DNA of 36,683 bases, taken from Octopus bimaculoides (Eukaryota). The DNA lies in assembly GCF_001194135.2 (NCBI RefSeq), contig NC_068992.1, forward strand, positions 60,870,374 through 60,907,056, read 5' to 3'. The position numbers and the translations under genes are program-made. The notes under the pieces were generated by a model that saw nothing but the letters and a program-made list of their open reading frames with translations, ran no database searches and was not told where the DNA came from. Shown here in pieces: positions 1 through 10,310 of the stretch (positions are counted from its first letter, which is position 1; each line of letters begins with the position of its first letter).

Positions 1-405
1 ATATATATATATATATATATATATATAATAGAAAAATGTTACAAAAAGAAAATAAAAACTACACGTGGAAATGTAAGGGGGAAGTAAGAACAAAAAAGCC
101 AGTGAACACTAATTTTATGAAACCGGTATGCCTTTGAATCTCTTTAACAAGTCACAGTAATGACTTTTATTACATTTATTCCTACCTCAATTCATCTAAT
201 TGTATATATCTATCGTTACTTTTCATAAAAAGTCTTTACTTTTTTTGATTTCCAATGTGTATTTTCGTTTTTCTTCTTACTTTCCCCCTATATATGTATA
301 TCGTGGAGTGTATTTGCCACCTAAATACGGCTGACCGATATGGAACGATGCTATTTATAGTTTATAGGCCCAGGAAGACATCTGCTCCAGCTGGCTAACG
401 ACACA

Positions 406-564
406 CTATCTTTTACCTGTTTCAGTCTTTTGACTGCGGCCATGCTGGGGTACTGCCCTCAGTCGAACAAATCAACCCCAAGACTTATTCTTTGTAAGAC
501 TAGTACTTATTTTATTAGTCGCTTTTGCCGAACCGCTAAGTTACGGGGACGTAAACACACCAGC

Positions 565-610
<46 letters not shown>

Positions 611-738
611 GACGGGCTTCTTTCAGTTTCCGTCTACCAAATCCATTTACAAGGCTTTGGTCGGCCCGAGGCTATAGTAGAAGACACAGTGGGACTGAAC
701 CGGGAATCATGTGGTTGGGAAGCAAAATTCTTACCACA
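406..738 (-). mobile_element. SINE family A (tRNA-like head, internal microsatellite, 3' half ending in AAAAGA-type repeats), near full length
   Basis: Shares blocks GACTGCGGCCATGCTGG, CCGAACCGCTAAGTTACGGGGAC and CGACGGGCTTCTTTCAGTTTCCGTCTACC with copies at 15045, 15879 and 30499; internal (TA)n at about 568-608. Confidence 0.85.
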
Positions 739-877
739 ATGGATGTAAGACTATAACTAAAATCTGTTATACACAATACATTAGTATGCATATATGTCAG
801 TATGTATTTATCGATCTATCTCTATCTTTGGTACTCGAATGATATATATTTTCCACCTTGTTTTGCACCTATGTGCT

Positions 878-892
<15 letters not shown>

Positions 893-952
<60 letters not shown>

Positions 953-984
953 NNNNNNNNNNNNNNNNNNNNNNNNNNNNNNNN

Positions 985-1021
<37 letters not shown>
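893..1021. repeat. (GA)n microsatellite containing an N gap (953-984)
   Basis: Direct reading. Confidence 0.95.
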
Positions 1022-1026
<5 letters not shown>

Positions 1027-1692
1027 AGGCAATTACAGTTAATCAAATGATTGTTCTTGTAGTGTTCAATACTGCATCATTGGCTAGAATATTCATTAAA
1101 CAAGTGCTGTTGAATTCCTGTACTGAATGTCTAATGTTTTGTCTATCAAATAAATTATCTAGAGAAGTAGATGAAATTGTAATTCATAGCCAAAAAGGAT
1201 AAGAAACCGCAAGTATTCAAATCGGATTCAGCTTAGAACAGATTACATCAATTTCAATGCTTTCTAAAGTTCTATTTAGCTGGAAGTTATTAGTCGCGTT
1301 ATACCACCAACCAAATACGTGTAGAGGAATACTGATGATAAATCGTGACTTGTATGACAATCTTGTTGTTGTACATGTTGAATTTTTTAACTAGTGACTA
1401 TCTATATTTTTTTCTTATTTTAAACCACTTCATATTTCCAAGTAGTGAAAAATACACAAACGGAGCTTTTACAAAGACAATATTACTTACTCGATCTATT
1501 AACAAACACAGGATCTCTTGGTTAATCTGGCTGGGTTCCATATTCATCAATGTACGTTAACTATCTAAATACGCACACACACATATAAACTCAAACACGC
1601 ACAAGACACAGAAGTCTAATACGGTTGTAAATGTTGTATGTGAATGTATGTGTTTGTGTGTGTGTGTCTGCTAGTCTCTCTGTGTGTGCGTG

Positions 1693-1730
<38 letters not shown>

Positions 1731-1826
1731 CCAGCAGCGGTGCCATAACGGTTACCATGGTTTCATTTCCACCAATCGCTCCGGTAACGACTACTAGCCG
1801 ACGAAGATCTTCATTTTTATAGTTCC

Positions 1827-1960
1827 AGCCATCGCTGTATGGTGATAAGTTTGCTTCTCAACCACCTTGGACAAGTGTCTTCAACTATCTACAGTTCCAG
1901 TTCGATCAAAGCTTTATGAGTGAATATGGTGGACGGAAACGGAAAGAAGTTCGTTGTGTA
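1827..1960 (+). mobile_element. SINE family A 5' half (partly deleted head)
   Basis: GCTGTATGGTGATAAGTTTGCTTCTCAACCAC...GACGGAAACGGAAAGAAG matches the family A head; its 3' half appears to be at 2806-3019. Confidence 0.7.
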
Positions 1961-1966
1961 TATATA

Positions 1967-2205
1967 CAGGGATTGGACAAAATATTGAAAACACTTAGCA
2001 TCATAGCATCAATAATTTTGAAATGCGTATAAAACCGTCAAAAGCTTGTTTATTTTTATGTTTTTTTAATTTATTATTAGTGTTGCTTAATATGTTTTGC
2101 CAAAATTGCTTTTTCTTTTCAGATATCATCAGAAAAAGGTAATCAAAATTCATAAAAATGACGAGAACATGCCGAATATTGTTTTATGGCATGCTTGGTG
2201 TCTCA
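1967..2205 (+). mobile_element. Tc1/mariner-like left terminus, no right TIR found
   Basis: TA-CAGGGATTGGACAAAATATTGAAAACAC resembles Tc1-type TIRs and follows a TA dinucleotide; 3' boundary uncertain. Confidence 0.5.
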
Positions 2206-2218
2206 GCATATATATATA

Positions 2219-2535
2219 TGGCTGGCCTCAAATCTCACCTGCGAACCCATGGAAAACAAACCTCACCCAGCTATTCTGATTATATGTCTGTGCACACGTT
2301 TGAATGTGGTGTGTGCCAGAGGGTTTGCAAATCCAATGGGGGTCTTAAAAGACATGTTAGGATCCACAATGAGCAGAACTTACTTGCAGGTATTGGTAGT
2401 GCAAATCAGAGGTGCAATCTGTGTGGGTGTTTTTTCAAAACACTGTCTGGTTTAAAAAGCCACATCAGACGCCATGAAAGGGCTAAGGTGTAGGTGCAGG
2501 AGGTGGTCAAACTCTGTTTAAGGAGTAGACAACCA

Positions 2536-2539
<4 letters not shown>
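2219..2539 (+). mobile_element. 5'-truncated LINE 3' end (RTE-like) encoding C-terminal C2H2 zinc fingers
   Basis: AGLKSHLRTH half finger plus two C-x2-C-x12-H-x3-H fingers (CGVCQRVCKSNGGLKRHVRIH, CNLCGCFFKTLSGLKSHIRRH); stop at 2491-2493, short 3' UTR, (TA)n on both sides; no TGEKP linkers. Confidence 0.6.
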
Positions 2540-2569
<30 letters not shown>

Positions 2570-2646
2570 GCAAGCAATAAGCTTGTTCTTTTCCTGAATG
2601 ACATGTGACCTTTGAGAAATTCTTGATTCTTGAGATTATGAATAAA

Positions 2647-2657
2647 TAGATAGACAT

Positions 2658-2714
<57 letters not shown>
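2647..2714. repeat. (GATA)n microsatellite
   Basis: Direct reading. Confidence 0.95.
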
Positions 2715-2715
<1 letters not shown>

Positions 2716-2805
2716 TTAGGCCACTGTTATATGTGTGCATGTCTTTGTGTGTGCGTTTATGTTTACCAGTGTAAAGCAATATGAAGTTGCATCTCTGTTT
2801 AAATC

Positions 2806-3019
2806 ATTGTCCCCCACCACCGCTTGATACCTGGTGTTGGTGTGTTTACGTATTAATCACTTAGCAGCTCAGCAAAAGTGACCGATAGAATAAATATCAG
2901 GCTTAAACAAAAAGTAAGTACTGGGGTCGATTCGTTCGACTAAAATTCTTGAAGGTGGTGCCCCAACATGGCTTCCGTCTAATCATTGAAACAAGTGAAA
3001 GATAATAGACAAAAGATAG
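2806..3019 (+). mobile_element. SINE family A 3' half
   Basis: TTGTCCCCCACCACCGCTTGA...GTACTGGGGTCGATTCGTTCGACTAAAA...GAAACAAGTGAAAGAT matches the family A tail. Confidence 0.8.
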
Positions 3020-3299
3020 CTGTTCGATAAATGGATTCGCTGAAATATGTACTAAAGTCAATTTAATCAACTACAACCCTTGTAATCAATAACTAGCCAT
3101 AGCTGCAGTTCAATGGTTGGACGTAATAAAAGAATAAAAGAATACAAAAATGTCTAACTTTCATCCTTTTCTCTTTATTACATCTTAATCATAGAACTTA
3201 TTCGTGGGTTTTGTCAATTTATTACCACCAGTTATTTGTCACTAAAAACATCATTGATATCCCCTCTCTAAATATTTAACTTTATCATTAAATCCTTAT

Positions 3300-3559
3300 T
3301 CTTTTTCTTTTTGTTTTCTTTACCGCTATTCTCTGCTGCTTGCATTCCGACATAGATTTAATCCTTCAATGTTGGTTTTTCACTTCTTTGTGTATCGTTC
3401 ATTATTTCTGAGTATCTTTGTTTTTAATGACTGGTTTTTGTTTGTTTTGGTTTTATTTTATTTTTATATAATCGATTCTGTGTTAAAACCCGCCATTTTT
3501 CTATCATTTGTCCTTGTAATTTTCCCGTCATTGTCTTTCTAATAATAAATAAACAAACA

Positions 3560-3613
<54 letters not shown>
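3300..3613 (+). mobile_element. Possible LINE 3' UTR with AATAAA and (TTA)n tail
   Basis: T-rich tract ending TGTCCTTGT...AATAAATAAAC followed by (TTA)n at about 3561-3613; resemblance to L1/Tx1-type 3' ends is from memory; 5' boundary unknown. Confidence 0.3.
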
Positions 3614-3654
3614 GTCTGCGGTATTTTTCAAGTACGGTCTGTGTATGTAACGCT

Positions 3655-3850
3655 ATAACTATGGAACGAAATTGAAGATATCTCTCAAATAGAAAACATT
3701 ATTATTATTCGTAAGACATTTGACCAATAAACTATGGAACGAAATTGAAGACATAATCTGTTAGACACAAAACATTAATATTATTCGTAAGACAACTGAC
3801 TGTTAAAGTATGGAATGAAATCGAAGACATAACCTATGATAGAAACAAAT
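3655..3850 (+). repeat. Degenerate tandem repeat, unit about 73-76 bp, about 2.6 copies
   Basis: ATGGAA(C/T)GAAAT(T/C)GAAGA starts at 3661, 3734 and 3810; ATTATTCGTAAGACA is also repeated. Confidence 0.85.
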
Positions 3851-4249
3851 TTTATATTATTTACATTGTTTCACAAGAAAATTAATATTCTCTAGAATTC
3901 ACTGCCCTGTGATTTGACCACTGTAATTCTTTGACTGGAACTGTGGACCCAGTCAGCGAATCACAGTGGTCAACGAAATAAAGTGCGTATGTACGGTCAT
4001 ACGCACATTTCTCTGTTATGAAAATAAAGATGTATACAGTATATTTTAGGTTTGTTAAATGCAAATGTGCTGTAACAAAATATTATTTTAAATTATGTCT
4101 TCGATTCCGTTCCGTAGTAAATATTGTGTAGAGCGCTTGCTATTTTCATGATTCTTTCAATACTTTCAATACTTTCAACGGAAAAACAAAAACAAATGAA
4201 CTAGTATTTTCTCAAAGACAATTGTATATGGGCGCAGTTATATTGGCAT

Positions 4250-4396
4250 TTCCAGTATCATCATCATCATCATTATCATTATTATTCTTGTTGCTGTTGT
4301 TGTTGTTGTTGTTGTTGTTATTGTTGCTGCGGTTGCTATTATTGTTGTTGTTCCTCTCATCATCATAATCGCTATCATCATCTTTATTTTTATTGC

Positions 4397-4445
<49 letters not shown>

Positions 4446-4600
4446 GTTATTATTATTATCCCTGTAAAAAATAACTTTTTGAATTACCAGCTTTGATGGT
4501 GCATTATTAATATTATTGTTTATATTTTTATTATTACCATCACCACAACTGGCACCACGACCATCATCATCATCATTATTATTATCATCCTTTTAGGGAA
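4250..4600. repeat. Compound trinucleotide low-complexity tract (CAT/TTG/TTA)
   Basis: Direct reading. Confidence 0.85.
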
Positions 4601-5540
4601 TGATTTCTTTTTTCTTCATCGGCTTCTAACTTCTTTTCTCCGAAAACTAAATTACGACGCACAACAGCTAGTTTGAACGGCTTTTTATGAATAACTAGAA
4701 TAAGAAAATCAAAACTAATTCTAANNNNNNNNNNNNNNNNNNNNNNNNNNNNNNNNNNNNNNNNNNNNNNNNNNNNNNNNNNNNNNNNNNNNNNNNNNNN
4801 NNNNNNNNNNNNNNNNNNNNNNNNNNNNNNNNNNNNNNNNNNNNNNNNNNNNNNNNNNNNNNNNNNNNNNNNNNNNNNNNNNNNNNNNNNNNNNNNNNNN
4901 NNNNNNNNNNNNNNNNNNNNNNNNNNNNNNNNNNNNNNNNNNNNNNNNNNNNNNNNNNNNNNNNNNNNNNNNNNNNNNNNNNNNNNNNNNNNNNNNNNNN
5001 NNNNNNNNNNNNNNNNNNNNNNNNNNNNNNNNNNNNNNNNNNNNNNNNNNNNNNNNNNNNNNNNNNNNNNNNNNNNNNNNNNNNNNNNNNNNNNNNNNNN
5101 NNNNNNNNNNNNNNNNNNNNNNNNNNNNNNNNNNNNNNNNNNNNNNNNNNNNNNNNNNNNNNNNNNNNNNNNNNNNNNNNNNNNNNNNNNNNNNNNNNNN
5201 NNNNNNNNNNNNNNNNNNNNNNNNNNNNNNNNNNNNNNNNNNNNNNNNNNNNNNNNNNNNNNNNNNNNNNNNNNNNNNNNNNNNNNNNNNNNNNNNNNNN
5301 NNNNNNNNNNNNNNNNNNNNNNNNNNNNNNTTTTTTTTTTTTTTTTTTTTGTAGCTTTTGTATGTTTTATTAGGGTTTTTTTTCACCACGATTTCATTGA
5401 AGGCGAGTTTTGCATTGATTTAATGATATATAACGTCCTCTACTCACCAGCTGTCGATACAATAAACATAACAACAATGACAAAAGCAACACCAACGCCG
5501 ACGACGATGATGACGATGATGATGATGATGATGGCGATGA

Positions 5541-5990
5541 TTTCTTTATTAACCACTAAGGGTTCACAAGCAGATCGAGAACGGTGCAAGACGGTGCAGA
5601 ACGGTGCAGGATGGTGTAGGACACTACAACACAATATGATATGATGCAATAAGATGTGGGGTTACATGAGGGTGTGTGAAGAGAAAAATAACAAAAAAAA
5701 GAAAAGAAACATAAATTCAAACAAGAAAATTCGCTAAAAGTGAAGAGTCCTCAAATGGCTGCTCTTGGATACCCAAAAATACCACGGTTACCCTGGCCAC
5801 TAGAGCAAGTACCCTCTCCACATCCTCCTCCCTCAATTGATAGGTGTTATCCTTGCCACACTCACCCGTCCTCTCTTTCCATTTCAAGTTGAACTTGAAA
5901 AAAGTTGGTGAGGGCTTAGTCAAAGAGGAAGGTGTCTCTCTTCAGCTCTTTCAATCTGGTCCACTAGAAAGCCTCCTTCGCTAAGACCAC
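5541..5990 (-). mobile_element. 5'-truncated decayed LINE 3' end, probably L1/Tx1 clade
   Basis: Minus strand reads VVLAKEAF*WTRLKELKRDTFLFD*ALTNFF then (frameshift) KFNLKWKERTGE, like a Tx1-type ORF2 C-terminus (recalled similarity); AATAAA at 5545-5550 (minus) followed by a (CAT)n tail. Confidence 0.5.
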
Positions 5991-6986
5991 TAGATATATA
6001 AAAGAATAATTATACATGCACAACAGAAAAAGACCTTTCGGCTATCAAATGAACGTAGTGAGTTAACACAAAGGAGAAATGAAAAGAGTCCTAAGGGACA
6101 GAGCGAGAAACCCAGACAGACGTGACCGGTCCGGCCAAACGCAGGCAAAAAAGAACGACACCGTCTTAGGCGGACACCGGTATGAATGTCAACATGATAT
6201 AAATTACGTCAAAAAATATCCTTATACAATGTCCTGGGGGGGGGGGCAAAGCGTCCAAAGTACTCCTAGAGGATTGCATGGAGAAATGTTTTCAAAAAGG
6301 ATTATTATTTTTTTTCTGTAACGGGAAAAGAAAATATGTAAGACATACATAAAACGTGTGTCGGTGCATGTTAATGTGTCTATGGGTATATGTATATGAG
6401 TGAGAAAGAGAAAGATAAGAGAGTCGAGCTTTCGCTCAGTCTCCCCCCGCCCTACCAGCATCTGCTCACAATGCAAGCCAAGTTAGAGCTTTGTTAAAAT
6501 ACACTTGTTCAAGATGCTGTGAAGTTGGCTCGAATCTCGAATCCGGAATCCAGTATCACATAGTTCAAAACTTGCTGAGGTCGAATTACCTTCTTGGATC
6601 GATGAAATGCATATCAGACGAGTACTGACATTGATATAACTCGCTACCTCCACCCGATAATAAACGACATTACGTTTCTGATAAACATCTTTAGAGTTAC
6701 ATGTTCCAAAATACCATTGAATTCTCGTTTCCAAAAATAAAATTTCAAAACAAATTTAAGATAGTCTTTTTTTACTTCTTTCAAACAAATCGAAAATTCA
6801 GTTTTGTCAAATGTAATTTTGTTTTCCAATATCATTCGAATAAAACGATATCTCTTTGTTTTGGCCACGATTACGAACACAAAACAAACACGATTTTTTT
6901 TTTACTTAAATATGTGATTAATGCCACTTCGTAATTGAATCATACACGAATCTCTTTTCCTTTTCCTTCTATTAAATCGTTTAACT

Positions 6987-7316
6987 TTTATTTGTTTCAA
7001 TCATTGGACTGCGGCCATGTTTGCACATCGACTTGAAGGGTTTTAGTCGAGTGAATCGATCCCAGTAATTAAGTCTGCTACTTATTCTAACGGACCCTCT
7101 TGCCGAAACGCTGCAAACGGTTCTCAAACGTGGTGGGAGCAAACACACACACACACACACACACATATCGGGATTCTTTCAGCTTGCATTCACAATGTTT
7201 TTTCGGCCTGAGATTATAGTAAAAGACACTTGCTCAAGGTGTCACACAGTGGAGTTGAACTCGAAACCATGTTGTTGGGAAACAAACTTCTTACCACACA
7301 TTCACGCCTGTGCCTA
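6987..7316 (-). mobile_element. SINE family A, internally deleted and diverged
   Basis: GGACTGCGGCCATG...(CA)n...GACACTTGCTCAAGGTG...CTTCTTACCACACATTCACGCCTGTGCCTA. Confidence 0.85.
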
Positions 7317-8276
7317 CTAGGTTTTTGTTATTTGGTTGTTTTTTTTTCTTTGGTTGGTTTTTTTTTTTTCTTTGTTTTTTTAAACATTTCTATATAGCGA
7401 GCAAGTTACTACAGGAAAAATAATCCATGGTAAAAGCGTCCACTGACGAGTGAATAAAAACGAAGCATTCCAAATAATCTCCCTTGCTTGTTAAATTAGA
7501 AAATGCTTTTAGTTTAGCCATAATTTGTTGTGCTAAGGACCAGACTCACAGCCACTTTTATCTACATATTTAATAGTGTATTTTATCCGTATAAATTGGC
7601 GATTTAAATGTGAAATGGTTTACAGATAAAGAAATTAACCAAAATAAGGATACGTCTGCGTTACAGTGAACTTATTTCTACCAATTTTATGCTATATTTG
7701 GCTTCAAGTGCCAAGGCATGTAACAATTTCTATGATTGTTGAGGAAATTAAACATAGGTCACTTGGTCAAAGTAATTTCCTTTCGATAGTTCGACATTTC
7801 ATTTGTGGTCTGGTGGAAAGAAAACTTATTCTTGTATATATGTATGTCTATGTGTATCTGTATGTAGAACTTTCAGTCTGTCAGTAGAATCAATACATTC
7901 TGGTTATTGTGTGAATGAATCACACCTGATATCTGTCATGATATTATCTGTTCTTCACTATTAATTGCTGATGCAGAAATGTATATTGATTTATTTGGGA
8001 TATATATTTTTTCGCAAGCTGGGAATATACTTGATTTAGTTTCAACCCGCAGTACTTGTGCTATCAACCACGGCTGGACGAAACGTAAAAATCACAGGAA
8101 CTCAAATATGAAACTTTATATTCAAAGGATTTTAATGAAACAAGAGTAAATAGCTTGTATTAATTAACCTACTGATCCTTCATAACCTTACAACATTTGT
8201 CATTCATTATCGTAGCTTGCATTTGACTGGACATATTAATCCGGTTATAAAGTGAGTAAATGTTATTATTACTAAT

Positions 8277-8353
8277 GAGGCGCCGAGCTGGCAGAATCGT
8301 TAGCACGGTGGACGAAATGCTTAGTCGTATTTCACCCATCGCTATGTTCTGAG
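8277..8353 (+). mobile_element. SINE family B 5' fragment
   Basis: GAGCTGGCAGAATCGTTAGCAC...GAAATGCTTAG...GTTCTGAGTT head shared with other B copies. Confidence 0.8.
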
Positions 8354-8485
8354 TTAGTAATAAACCATTACATTAATATATTAAATTGTAATATAAACGA
8401 AGGAAAATATATCGAAAAAATAAATGAATGATAAATGTTTATAATAACGACGGTGGATTAGTTTTAGTTTTTGTATGGTTTAGAC

Positions 8486-9148
8486 CAGAGTTGGCCAGCC
8501 TGAAGCATGCAGGGCGCATGCGGCCCGCAGACTTTTATCTTGCAGCCAGCCTGATACTTTCTTGAAGTATTGTGTTTAATTTCAAAATAAAACTGTTTGT
8601 GTAAAACATTTGTTTCAAAGTAAATGTGCCTTTAATACAAAATATATTAATAATTTCTTTCTGTTATCCGATTGGATGGAATATTTAAGCAAATATAAGT
8701 CATTGTCCACCACGTCGCCTTCGTCGTTGTTGTGACTGTTTTGTCTCAGGTCATCTGGTTCAAACTGACTTACCATCAAAACCGTTTCAGACTTTGCTTC
8801 GAATAAATATTATCTTGTGCGTCCTTCAGTTGATCCAGAGACAAATACCCAGGCACAGCATAAAGTATTTTATCCCAAGTTTGGCATAAAATGAGCAATT
8901 AAGTAATTTGATTAGGATTTCAGGGAGAAGCGAAACTGCTTCACGATTTTGCTTTCTGGGTATTTGTCTCTGGATCAACTGAAGGACGCACAAGATAATA
9001 TTTATTCGAAGCAAAGTCTGGAACGGCTTTGATGGTAAGTCAGTTTGAACCAGATGACCTGAGACAAAACAGTCACAACAACGACGAAGGCGACGTGGTG
9101 GACAATGACTTATATTTGCTTAAATATTCCATCCAATCGGCCAACTTG
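8486..9148 (+). mobile_element. Rearranged hAT (Charlie/SPIN-like) non-autonomous element
   Basis: Left end CAGAGTTGGCCAGCCTG...GCGCATGCGGCCCGC resembles hAT termini and is preceded by GTTTAGAC (close to the NTCTAGAN target preference); a partial right TIR GGCCAACTTG lies at 9139-9148; no clean TSD. Confidence 0.5.
8668..9140. repeat. Long inverted repeat: arms 8668-8852 and 8956-9140 (185 bp each, 2 mismatches), 103-bp spacer
   Basis: Manual alignment of the left arm with the reverse complement of the right arm. Confidence 0.95.
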
Positions 9149-9660
9149 CTTCTAAATATTTCATTTAGTTCATGAAAAATATGGAATATAATTTCTACGA
9201 CAGGAAATAATAGAAAAAAACCTAGTGTTTGTTTTATTGTATTTTTCATTTTCATTCTTTTTGCTTTCCGATTCGGACTTTCTTTTTCTTTTTTATTATT
9301 TTTCATTCACGCAATCTTGAGAAATTTGTTCACCATGGAAACAAACTGTGAACGTGCTGTAGAGAAGTACCATGTTTGTATATTTGGAATAACTGAAATG
9401 GCATCACGTAAGACGAAGAATCATTGTTTGTTTGATGTTCGTCTTGATGACTTAAGTCTTGAATGGTCGGCAAAAGTCACCGAAATTCTACTTGGCAGAA
9501 TATTCACTGACAAATATTTCAGTAGCTGCGTATTTTCTTTCATTCGTTTAAACAAAGAACATCTCTTAAACAGAATCAATGTTATCATATAATGCTAAAA
9601 CCTGTATTTGTTTTAGCATTTATTTATTTTATTTTTATGTTTAGCAATTTTATTTTTTAT

Positions 9661-9850
9661 TTTTTACTTATTTCAGTCGTTGAACTGCGGCCATGCTGGG
9701 ACATCGCCTTGAAGGGTTTAGTCAAACAAATTGAACCCAGTAATTATTTTATTTAGGTCTGGTTCTTTTTCTATCGAACCGATAATTTATGGAGGCGAAA
9801 ACAAACCAACATCAGTTGTCAAGCTGTGGCGATGGACAAACATACACACA
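9661..9850 (-). mobile_element. SINE family A 3' half (head probably lost in gap 9900-10164)
   Basis: GAACTGCGGCCATGCTGGGACATCGCCTTGAAGGGTTTAGTC...GTTGTCAAGC. Confidence 0.8.
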
Positions 9851-9864
9851 TACACACACACACA

Positions 9865-9899
<35 letters not shown>

Positions 9900-10164
9900 N
9901 NNNNNNNNNNNNNNNNNNNNNNNNNNNNNNNNNNNNNNNNNNNNNNNNNNNNNNNNNNNNNNNNNNNNNNNNNNNNNNNNNNNNNNNNNNNNNNNNNNNN
10001 NNNNNNNNNNNNNNNNNNNNNNNNNNNNNNNNNNNNNNNNNNNNNNNNNNNNNNNNNNNNNNNNNNNNNNNNNNNNNNNNNNNNNNNNNNNNNNNNNNNN
10101 NNNNNNNNNNNNNNNNNNNNNNNNNNNNNNNNNNNNNNNNNNNNNNNNNNNNNNNNNNNNNNNN

Positions 10165-10277
10165 AAAGGATGAACGGCAAAGTCGACCTCAGCGGCGCTT
10201 GAACTCAGAACATGAAGACGGCTGAAATGCTGCTAAGAATTTTGCCCGGCGTGCTAACGATTCTGCCAGATCGCCAC
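10165..10277 (-). mobile_element. SINE family B 5' part
   Basis: GGCAAAGTCGACCTC...GAACTCAGAAC...CCGGCGTGCTAACGATTCTGCCAG. Confidence 0.85.
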
Positions 10278-10310
10278 CAAGAGAGTAGGACTAGCATTTA
10301 AAACCGAGTG

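Noticed and set aside
5717-5923. 68-aa minus-strand ORF as a host gene exon
   Set aside because: The upstream frame has stops and a frameshift and the segment leads into an AATAAA plus (CAT)n tail; it is better explained as a decayed LINE end.
7444-7470. CTGACGA-GT...AC-GAAG hammerhead-like string
   Set aside because: GAAG instead of GAAA, only a 2-bp stem II, and no stems I or III.
7735-7795. TTGTTGA plus a 9-bp inverted repeat (AGGAAATTA/TAATTTCCT) plus CGATA as a decayed hammerhead
   Set aside because: Both core boxes are mutated and the spacing is wrong; it cannot be distinguished from a chance hairpin in a repeat remnant.
9317-9592. 91-aa ORF resembling a hAT transposase C-terminal dimerisation region
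   Set aside because: There is only a vague FS-x-x-x-LNK similarity; the diagnostic STY-x-CE motif is absent.
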